The notes under the pieces are model-generated. The model saw only the letters and a program-made list of their open reading frames with translations, did not search any database and was not told the DNA's origin. The translations under genes and the position numbers were made by a program. From Euprymna scolopes (taxonomy: Eukaryota), in assembly GCA_053919585.1 (NCBI GenBank), contig CM132787.1: a stretch of 64,000 bases of DNA; one strand, 5' to 3'. Below are positions 1-10,950 of the stretch, one piece after another; the stretch's first letter is position 1, and each line of letters opens with the position of its first letter.

Positions 1-511
1 AAGCAATTGTTCTATGGGGAGCTTGAATGTGGCAAACGACCCAATCACAAACCTCGGAAAAGGTACAAAGATGTAGTTAAGGGAAACCTGCGGGCACTTG
101 GCATAGAAATAAGAGGGTGGGAAGAGATAGCTGAAGACCGGGAAAGTTGGAGGCGCTACGTCTACGCGGGATGTGAGAATTTTGAGGTTTTGAGAGTTGA
201 GCACGCCACTATAAAGCGAGCCTTACGAAAGCGAGAGGATACAGAGGACTTTGATCTCGACCCCGCGTACTCGTGCGGGATATGCGGCAGGGTGTGCCTG
301 TCAAAGGCAGGCCTCAAGAGTCATGGAACTACGCACGCGGGACATGAACTGGGAGCACAGGAGGGAGGGTGGCGGTCACCAACAAGGTTATCCTGCAGAA
401 TATGCGGCAAACTGTGCAGGCCGGGTGGGGCTATGTGGAATCATATGCGGACTCACTCACACGCCATCGTATCGGGAGGGTTGGCCGTCTTCTGTAAAGA
501 AGTGGCAGTCA

Positions 512-512
<1 letters not shown>
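1..512 (+). mobile_element. 3' end of an RTE-type non-LTR retrotransposon (ORF C-terminus with two C2H2 zinc fingers), running into (TA)n
   Basis: ORF 7.. reads LFYGEL..GKRP..KPRKRYKD.VK.NL..LGI....WEEIAEDRESWR, a typical RTE C-terminal motif. It continues with CGICGRVCLSKAGLKSHGTTH and CRICGKLCRPGGAMWNHMRTH. The YIYIYI extension is translated microsatellite. Confidence 0.8.
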
Positions 513-568
<56 letters not shown>

Positions 569-717
569 ATTCTACCTCTGCGTTCCATTTTAAAAAAAAA
601 GGATGTGCTCTCTATAATACCAGAATTGTGAATGGTAATTCTAGGTATAGACCGATTCATACGTTCGAAAAAGTGCCAACAGAAACGAAACAGCAATCCG
701 TCGTTCTCTTTTTTTTT

Positions 718-2975
718 ACATAGGCGTCACCACTTATCAAGGCCGATAGGCCCCTCAAGGATAAGGGTTAAAGAGTGTAGAGTAGTCAAAAGTACAATAT
801 ATTAATGATATTAGTAATGGAAGTTCGGTAAATTTGTTAACTGAAGTGGAACTGCTCATCAGAAACTTGTTCACGTTGGACTTGAAGCAAACCATATTAT
901 AGACAGCTGGAAAGCAGAAAAACGAAGACAATTCCACAGGCGTGCAGTTCTAAGAAAGAAGCTTTGATCATGTTTGATCATATGTTTAGGTTTATGCACA
1001 GATAAAGAGTGGAAGGAATTATTGATAATGTTTTCAGCTAGTTGAGTGTTTCTTGTGAAAGTTTGGCCAGGGGGGACAATAGATTGAAGCTCAGTCGAAC
1101 ACTTTTCATAAAAATAACGATAAATCAGATACAAACTCGCAACATCTCTTCTGTGAGATTGAGGTTGTAGCGAAGAGAAAATTACATCTCCCACCAGGCC
1201 ACGAATCTATTTTGAACCCTACCAAGGCAGGACATGTCTTTTCTAGCAGCTGCTGCCCAGATGTGGCAACAGTATTCAATCCTTGGACGTATCTGGCTCT
1301 TATATAGATAGAAAATTGCATCAGCAGTGAGATATCTACTGGATCGATAGAAGGATCCGACCATTTTTCCAGCGGCCTTGGCAATAGATTTGCTGTACGT
1401 ATTCCATTGAAGATCAGGAGTAAAGGTGAAGCCCACAAGCCTGTCAAACCTTGAGGCCTCCCCAACACGAGATCCATTAATTTTAATTGATGCCAGTTGT
1501 GGATCAGAATGTTGATGATGTAAAGATAGAAGCTTGGTTTTAGATGCATTAAAAGTAACCAGCCACTCCTTTCCCCATTGTACAACGTGATAAAGATCAG
1601 AGGAGAGAGAATCTGAGAGAACTTGGTCGTTTACTGTCTTAGATGTGCTACCATAGATGGTAGTGTCGTCAGCAAAAATGTCTACGAATGATGTAAGGAT
1701 GTGATTTGGAAGATCATTAATGTAGATCAGGAAAAGAGTTGAGCCCAGGATTGACCCCTGAGGGACATCATACTGTGAGCTTCTGATTTTTGCCCATCAA
1801 CTACTACTCTTATGAACCTATCAGAAATACATTATTTAATAATTGAGAAGACATTTCCAGCTATACCATAGCTGGAGATCTTGTGAAGTAAACATTTATG
1901 CCATACCCTATCAAAGGCCTTAGTTATGTCAAGAGCAATTGCCCTAGAATAACTTTCCTCTGTCGAGAGATTATCTAATCCTATGAGATATAACTGTAAG
2001 CACATCTGCTGTAGATCTAGCAGAACGGAAACCATATTCAGTGTCACTAAGAAGGTCATTTTTGCTGAGATGATTGATTAGTTCTCTATTTAACACATAT
2101 TCCAGCGACTTACTCATGACGCACAGTAGACTTATTGGCCTGTACTGAGAGGGGGATAAACGATAACCTGAATTCTTAAATACAGGGCATACTGATAAGA
2201 TTTCCCAGGTTTATGGGAAGCAATTCTCCTTAAGACAACGTTTAAACAGTTTTGTAAGTATGGGTGCTAGTTCCGGTTGAAGATTTTGAGTAATATAATT
2301 GGAATACCGTCAGGACCGGTTGCTTTACTTGAATCAAGGTTTTTGATTAGCTTGGCAACATCACGTACATATATTTGTATATCACATAGCATGTTTTCTG
2401 ATACAGGAGGAAATATTGGGGGTTGGCTGCCTTGGTCACAAAGGGTAGAATTAGCTTCAAAGTTCTTGGCAAAGAGTTTGGCTTTGTCTGATTATGACGA
2501 GATTAACTCAGATCCATTGATGATAGTTGGGATAGAGCATACACTTCTGTTCAGGATTCTGTTTGCTATTTGCCAAAACTGGTGGGAACCAAGCCGCTGC
2601 TCAGCTACTTTGGACTTGACGGACTGAGCATACAACGCTCTTGCGTTCTTTATAACTTTCTTACGATGGTTGCTGGCAGTCCTGAAAGCGGCTTTAGTTT
2701 CCATACATCTATTACGTTGGAAGCAGTGGAAAAAGTGATTTCTGTGCGCAATAGCAGCAGCACATTCTGGAGAAAACCATGGCTGGCTGTTCGGTTTTTT
2801 CTGAAACTTTTTCGAGTGTATGAAATTGTTTATACCTACAATTAACCATTCCGTCAGGTCTTATACTATAGATGGCGCATCCTTTTTAAACATGGAACGC
2901 AGAGGAAGATCCGGTATAAATGTACGGAAACCATCCCAGTCAGCCATAGTGTATTAATATAATGTACGATGGAGA
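718..2975 (-). mobile_element. APE-RT LINE (CR1/L2/Jockey-group-like) copy A, 5'-truncated, decayed
   Basis: Minus-strand fragments ALDITKAFDRVWH, PQGSILG, YKSQIRPRIEYCCHIW and FFLRTARLWN. The family 3' tail (CCCTTATC..GATAAGTGGTG) is followed by poly(A), seen as the T-run at 708-717. Confidence 0.9.
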
Positions 2976-2976
2976 A

Positions 2977-5900
2977 CGTGCTGCTGCCATTGCGCACCGA
3001 CATCATTTTTTTATTGCTTCCAACGTAGTAAATATCCTGCGATTAAAGCCGCTTTCAGAACCGCCAGTAACCACTGAAAACATAATAAAGGACATGAAAG
3101 TGTTGTGTACTCAGTCCGTCAAGTCCAAAATAGCTGAATAACCAGCTCATGCAAAGAGCAAACAGAATACTGAACAGAAGTGTGTGCTCTATTCTAACTT
3201 TCATCAACGGACCTGACGTAATTTTGTCAGCATCAGACAAAGCTAAACTCTTTGCCATGAACTTTGCAGCTAATTTAAGACCAAGGCCATTAACCCCTAG
3301 TATTTCCTCGTGTGTCGAAAAACACTCTATACGACATACAAATATCTGAACGTGATGTTTCCAAGCTTATCAAAAAACTTGATTCCAGTAAAGTTACTGG
3401 TCCTGACCGCATTCCAATTATAGCGCTCAAAAAGCAACAACCAAAACTAGCGCTCATACGTTCAAAGTCATTTAAGCGTTGTCTTAAGGAGAAATGCTAC
3501 CCAACGCCATGGAAAATCTCATCAGTATGCCCCGTAATTAAGAATTAAAGTGATCGTTCACCTCCCTCTCAGTCCAGGCCAATAGGTCTCCTGTGTGTCA
3601 TGAGTAAGTTGCTGGAATCTGTGTTAAATAGGGAAGTAGTTAACCATCACAGCAAAAAAAAACTTCTTAGGGGCATGCAATATGGTTTCCCTTCTACTAG
3701 ATATACACTAGACGCGCTTACAGATATATCTCATAGGATTAGCGAACCTCTCGACAGAGGCTTCTTCTCTAAAGCAATTGCTCTTGAGGTATCAAAGGCT
3801 TTTGATAAGTTATGGCATAAACGTTTACTTCACAAGATCTCCAGCTATGGTATAGCTGGAAATGTTTTCTTCATTAGTAAATTATTTCTCTCTGATAGGT
3901 TCATAAGAATAGTGGGTGAAGAGCAGAAATCAAAAGCTCTCAGTATTAATGATGGAGTCCCTCAGGGGTTCATCGTGGGGCCAACTCTCTTCCTGATCTG
4001 CATTAATGATCTTCTAAATCACATCCTTACATCATTCGTAGACATATATACTGACGAGCCTAGGATCTATGTAAACGACATTCTCATTCTTCTGATCTTG
4101 ATCACGTGGTAAAATGGGAAAATAGGAAGCCGGTTACATTTAATCTAAAACTAAGTTTCTCAATGTTCTGAAGACCATCTACCATCAATTTATACGAAAG
4201 ACTCTCGTCTTGGGGAATATTCATGTTTTTGCTTCTGGGCTTAACTTTTACTCCTGATCTAAAATGGAAAACATATATCAAATCCATTGCCAACGTTGAA
4301 AATTGGTAGGATCCTTCGCCCGCTGCAGTAGATATATCACTCCTGATGCAATTCTATATATAAAGACCAACTACGGCCAATGATGGAGTACTATTGCCAA
4401 TCCTGCATTGAATGTTCAGATTAGACTTCGTAGATTAGTGGGGGATGCCCTTTTCTCTTCCCTACAACTTTTTTTCCCAGAAAAGAGCCGTCGTGATCTT
4501 TTTGCTGCTTTATCGTTATTTCCATGGCGAATGTTTGTCAGCGCTTCAATCTATAGTCCTCAACCCAGCAAACATCACGAAAAACACTCGTCTACTCAAA
4601 ACTAATATCAATATTTTCTCACACCTTTTTTCTGTGCATAAACTAAATTTAGATTTCATGAACAACAGCCAGCCATGGTTCTCCCCAAAATGTGCTGCTG
4701 CTATCGCGCACAGAAATCACTTTTTCCATAGCTACCAACGTTATGGATGCACTGAGACTGAAGCTTCTTTCAGGTCTGCCAGCAACCACTGTAAAAGAGT
4801 AATAAAAAATGCAAGAGAGCTATATGCCCAGTCTGTTAAATCCAAGGTAGCTGATCAACGGCTTCGATCCCACCAGTTTTGGCAAATAACAAATAGGATC
4901 CTGAACAGAAGTGTGCGTTCTATCCCAACTATTATCAATGGACCAGGTCATCTCGTCAGCGTCAGACAAGGCCAAACTATTTGCAAAGAACTTTGCAGCT
5001 AATTCTACCCCATGGGACGAAGGCCATCAACTCCCCATATTTCCTCCTATAACACAGAACAAGCTAGGTAACATACAAATATCCGTGCATGAGGTCGCCA
5101 AGCTAATCAAGAACCTAGATTCCAGTAAAGCAACTGACCCTCACGGCATCCCAATTATTGTGTTAAAAAAGCTTCAACCAGAACTTGCTTCCATAATTAC
5201 GAAACTATTTAAGCGCTGCCTTAAGGAGAAGTGGTTTCCGACCCCCTGGAAGACCTCATCGGTTTGCCCTGTATTTAAGATTTCAGGTGATAAGTCATCT
5301 CCCTTTCAGTACAGACCTATAAGTCTCCTGTGTGTTATGAGTAAGTTGCTGGAATCAATATTAAATAGAGAACTAGTCAACCACCTCAGCAGGAATGACC
5401 TTCTCAGTGACACACAATATGGTTTCCGCTCTGCAAGATCTACCGCAGATGTGCTGACGGTTATATCCCACAGGATTAGTGCATCTCTTGACAAAGGCTT
5501 CCTTTCTAAGGAAATTGCTCTTGACATATCAAAGACCTGCGCAAGGTATGGCGTAAGGGTCTACTTCACAAGATTTCAAGCTACGGCATTACTGGAAATG
5601 TTTTCTCAATCATTAACTCGTTTCTCTCCGATAGGTTCATAAGAGTAGTGGTAGATGGACAAAAATCGGAGGCCTGCAAGATAAATGATGGAGTCCCTCA
5701 GGGGTCAATCCTGGGCCAAACTCTTTTCCTGTCTACATCAATGACCTCCCTAAACACATACTTAAATCATTCGTTGACATCTATGCTGATGACACGACCA
5801 TCTACGGCAACACATCAAAGGCTGTAAATGACAAAGTTCTCTCTGATTCTCTCTCCTCTGGTCTCGAGCGCGTGGTTCCGTGGGGGAAGATGTGGCTTGG

Positions 5901-7018
5901 ACCTTTAATGCATCCAAAACCAAACTCCTATCCTTACATCATCAACGCTCTGATCCCCAGCTGGAATCAATTGTGATGGATGGCTCTCGTTTGGGTGAGG
6001 CCTCGTGTTTTGACAAGCTTCTGGGTTTGACCTTTACTCCTGATCTGAAATGGAACACGTACATCAAGTCTGTTGCAAAGGTCGCTGGAAAGATGGTGGG
6101 ATCCTTCTATCGCTCCAGAAGATATCTCACTACTGATGCAATTCTCTATCTATATAAAAGCCAAGTACGTCCAAGGATGGAATACTGATGCCATATCTGG
6201 GCAGGAGCTGCTAAAAACAGCCTATCCTGCCTTGACAGAGTACAAAATAGACTTCGTGGTTTAGTTGCGGATGCCCTTTTCTCCACCCTGCCACCTCTCT
6301 GTCACAGAAGAGACGTTGCGAGCCTATCCTTGTTTTATCGTTATTTCCATGGCAGCTGCTCGTCTGAACTCAAATCTCTGGTTCCCCCTCGCCAATCTTT
6401 CACGAAAAACACCCGTCTAGCTGAATCCACTGTGAAAAATTTCCCCCACTCTATATCTGTGCCTAAATCAAAACGCGGATTCCATGGACAAAGCTTGTTT
6501 CTTAGAACTGCACGCCTGTGGAACTCTGTTCCGTGTGCCTGCTTCCCTCCGGACTACAACTTTGATGTCTTCAAGTCCAATGTTAACAAATTCCTAATAA
6601 ACCGCCCCCTTTATTAAAAACTTCATCAAATCTCCACACTAACATAATGTACTTGCAATAACCCTTATCCCTGAGTAGCTTCCGGGCCTTGATAAGTGGT
6701 GATCACTGTGTAAAAAGAAAAATAAAAAAAATAAAATCTTCTTTCTTAGAACTGCACAACTATGGAACTCTTCTTTCTTAGAACTTCACAACTATGGAAC
6801 CCCTTTCCGTTGGCCTGCCTTCAACCTGATTAAAATTTTATTGTCTTCAAGTCCAACGTAAGCAAGTTCTTGATGTATCGTCCCCCTAAGTAATCCAACT
6901 TACAAAAATACCACTGCTTATGTTTACCACTCTATAATCACATTGACTAATGTAAACAAATGAACCCTTATCCTCGAGTTGACTCCGAGCCTTGATAAGT
7001 AGCGATTCCTGTGTAAAA
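2977..7018 (+). mobile_element. LINE copy B (older), split into 2977-4665 and ~6734-7018 by nested copy C
   Basis: RT fragments (KVTGPDRIP, ALEVSKAFDKLWH, GVPQGFIVGP) break at ..AGATTTCATGAACAA. The element resumes after copy C's A-tail with CTTCTTTCTTAGAACTGCAC and has its own 3' tail at ~6963-7018. Confidence 0.85.
4664..6736 (+). mobile_element. LINE copy C (younger), 5'-truncated RT region with A-rich tail, inserted in copy B
   Basis: ORFs 4911-5642, 5880-6188 and 6330-6617 give QYRPISLL, QYGFR, YADD (5782) and SQVRPRMEY. 3' tail at 6660-6711, then A-tail at 6712-6736. Confidence 0.92.
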
Positions 7019-7322
7019 TGTATATAATTAGTAAAAGTATATCTCTCTGGACACGAATAATCTGCTAGTTTCCGTCTACTATGATTTAGTGCATTGACGT
7101 AAACCTTATTTTTGTACTTAGAATGTCAATTGCTCACATTTGCTGATAGTTTAGCCAGAAAGTAAATATTATTTTAAAAAAAGCAAAATATCACATCTGA
7201 TGAAATTTTATGAATTTAGGGAGATCATTTATTTAATATATTTGTGAAATCGTAATATACTTGATATATTTTAATCAGTGAGCGATTCATTCCAGTAAAT
7301 AACACAGCTTTCTCAAACACTA

Positions 7323-7398
<76 letters not shown>

Positions 7399-8261
7399 AC
7401 TCAAATGACCTTGTAACGAGTTATGTAACCCACTTTCCGGTTTACGAAATCCGGTTGCGCATGCGCGCATAAACATTAAGCCATAACAACGTAAATAAAT
7501 AAACACAAATGCCTTCTTTTGCAGATTTTGACCTGCGCACTGAAATATTAACGTTATTATTTTGAAATTATTATTTAACATGGAAAGAGGGGGTGTTTTG
7601 CAACTATTCTTTATTACAACTACACTGTCGCTATTTTCTTACAACTAAACAACTTTAACCCGTTGACAAACATAAGAACAATTGTACTAAAGCCAATACT
7701 ATTGATACTACTACTCTCTATCCGTCCCTTTTATTTCCTTCCTTCCTTCTTTTTTATATTTTGTTTACATTTCTAGATACAAAATAGTTATTTGAGAACG
7801 GTGAATTTGTAGATACATTGACTAATCTGTTTCAATATTATTTTTATTTATTTAGGTTTCATTTTTTTGCTTCTGGTTTTATTAATTTTTTTTTTTTTTT
7901 AGATTTTAAGTTTCTATAAGTTGGTTGAAGGATTCCAATATGGAGTTTTCATTTTTATTTTTCTCATCGGTAGGTTCAATGCTAAATGACATTCGTCAGC
8001 ATTCAATTCGTAGAAAAATCATGTTTAATTTTCGATTTTTGAGCGATCATTCGGAAAATATGTACCTTTGCACGAATAGGGAGGATTTTTTTCAGCTTTG
8101 AGTGATTCGTCCGTGATCTTTTATTTTAATATACTTTCATAGAAATGTTTCTGTTATGTCAAAAACTAAACAATTTTCTTTACGTCACAAGTGTCACGCT
8201 AGTACATGAATTCCATAACTAATATAACATACTGACCCAACGGGTCACATGTATTCTAGTG

Positions 8262-8302
<41 letters not shown>

Positions 8303-8704
8303 GCGTGTGAATAAGTTACAACTTGTCCAAATAGTCTTGAAACTATTGTAACTTACAATGAAATACACCTTTTGTTGTTATCAACCCAATTTGTGAAGTC
8401 GTTGTTTTCATGAAAACAGTACATGAATGTTCAATTATAAAATACAATTATTTTGTTGCTTACGTTTTAAGTCATCTTTCTTTTTTGGCTTAAATTTTTT
8501 GGTATATAAACATGTACTGAATTATATAAACTCGGTATANNNNNNNNNNNNNNNNNNNNNNNNNNNNNNNNNNNNNNNNNNNNNNNNNNNNNNNNNNNNN
8601 NNNNNNNNNNNNNNNNNNNNNNNNNNNNNNNNNNNNNNNNNNNNNNNNNNNNNNNNNNNNNNNNNNNNNNNNNNNNNNNNNNNNNNATATGATTACTGAG
8701 CATG

Positions 8705-8761
<57 letters not shown>

Positions 8762-8881
8762 CGGCTTGAAAATACTGTAAACTAGCGTTGGTCTGTATAC
8801 ATAATCATCATTCGCAAGGTGATCAGACAATAATTGGATTAATAACTTTTTGAAGAAAATTAAATGGTTATTGTCCATGGA

Positions 8882-8970
8882 TTATACAACATTTGTTTCA
8901 GGATTGTATGGTATCATTAATGATATTTGTGAGTCTGAATGCAGCATTTTATAGTGTAGACTGCTGCCAC
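8882..8970 (-). other. Candidate terminal coding exon (phase 1), product unknown
   Basis: ttttaacag|GT+GSSLHYKMLHSDSQISLMIPYNPETNVV*; phase-compatible with 15421-15562. Confidence 0.2.
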
Positions 8971-10237
8971 CTGTTAAAATTGATTTTGCCTCGATAAATC
9001 CTGTTCAGTCTTTAATCATATCAACGCCATATTAAACGACATTCATTTATTTAATCATAAATTGTGAACAATATCCCAACACACAAAACTAATCGCCCGC
9101 CTAAATGTATTCATTTAGCTTCAGTGATGTAAAACATATTAACCTACAACGTAATATTATCTATATTTCTGTGTCGAGAAAATATGTATACCGTCTAAAA
9201 ATATTAGAATAAGTGGGGGGGACTAAGGGAATCGTAGATTTATAGTAATTATAAGCATTCCAAATGTTAAAAACCTAAAATTACTTGTTCGATCTTAGAA
9301 ACCGTGATGCCAACCGACGTTATTATGAATAAAATAAAATTCGCGGACTCCTACATTAGCGTTACACTGAGTAAAACAGTGCAAAAAGAAGCAAACATGA
9401 ATGTTAACTCACGAACAAAATACTACGAATACTGCGTATACTTTTAGATTACTGCTGTTGTCCAGTGCTATATAAACATGGCGTATTCTTTTTATTTGTA
9501 TGAAATAGACCGACACTGCGTAATATCCGTATGCAACATTTCTGCCACTTGACTATAGACGTTGTCTTAAGCTTTACAACTTGGCACGTATTCACGTTTC
9601 AGATACAGGCCTTGAAGAAATCACAAAAAAAATGATTCATGATGATGCCATTACTTTTATGTACGGAAAGAAATCGTTAAAACGAGCAAAGTCCAAGAGA
9701 ATTTTCTTCAGCGATTTCAGAACACTAACAATACATAGAAATACTATTGCTTTGGATTAAACAATCAGAAAAGTTCCCCATCTATTAGAAAGAGGCCGTA
9801 TTTCAATAGATTAGTCAGTGGTATTTTTTTTTATATCCGGCCCTGAATAAAGAAATTAAAGTGTTTCAGAAAACTATGAAAAACCGCTTGATATATTATT
9901 ACCAGAAATAGGACCACAGAGAGGCAACCCTTTTATTCTAAAGATTTTAATTTAAGCAGATCTGTTTATAGTACTTGTCACTATTTTTCCTAATAAACTG
10001 ATTATCTCTAAATAAAGTAATGTTAGACAGAAACATGTTATATGCAAACTATATAAATTTGTCTTCATTGTTGTAAGAAAATGCAGGCCAAATTGCAATA
10101 ATATTTAATGATGAAATGAATTATTACAACGTATTATTGATGGAAATTAGTTCAAGCGAAAAATATAATTTAGGCAGATTATATGACAACACTCGCCGAA
10201 ATCCATTCTATAAAATTTCATTAAAAAATTTAATTCA

Positions 10238-10286
<49 letters not shown>

Positions 10287-10950
10287 GTTTAAGTACTGAT
10301 TTTTATTCAAATATAAATTTGAATATATCCGCCAAATTATAGCAATAGAGGCTAAAATAGTATATATTACATATCCGCATAGTAATACAGATATTATTTA
10401 ATGTGTATTTCAATAACTTTTATTTACAAATGATCCAATGAATGATATGATATTTCATTTAAAATTTATATCTGCAAATTCATATTAATCACAGCCTAGA
10501 ATATTAATATCCTATAATCCAACGGTTCGTGAAGACTTTTTAAATTTATTAAATTGTCAGTTTTCTATGGCATCATGAACGTAGAAGATTTTTATGATAA
10601 ACGAATTGTTTTATAAAAGAGTATTAAAGACAGATTTTCGAACTCAGGAAAAATTTCTTTGCTTTTAATTTTTTTCTATAAATGTTTGGAAATATAGTAG
10701 TTTATTAACGAGATCTCGTACACTTATCAATGTCAGAAACAAGTAAGGTATTAAAAAATATTTCGAAATCGGTGCAATAATTTTTATTGTTTTATCAATC
10801 AATAAAAAAGTTTATGCTGACAAAAATTACTTTATCCTGAGCTAAAGAATTAAGTTTTAAAATATTTACTTAAGTAAATATTTACATTAATAGCAAATGG
10901 TTTTATGCGAACGGTTACGGTTTTGAATTTTATTTTTAATTTTTTTTTTT

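Noticed and set aside
718-4665. Twin-priming 5' inversion explaining head-to-head copies A and B
   Set aside because: The two copies cover the same element coordinates and are clearly diverged, so they are independent insertions.
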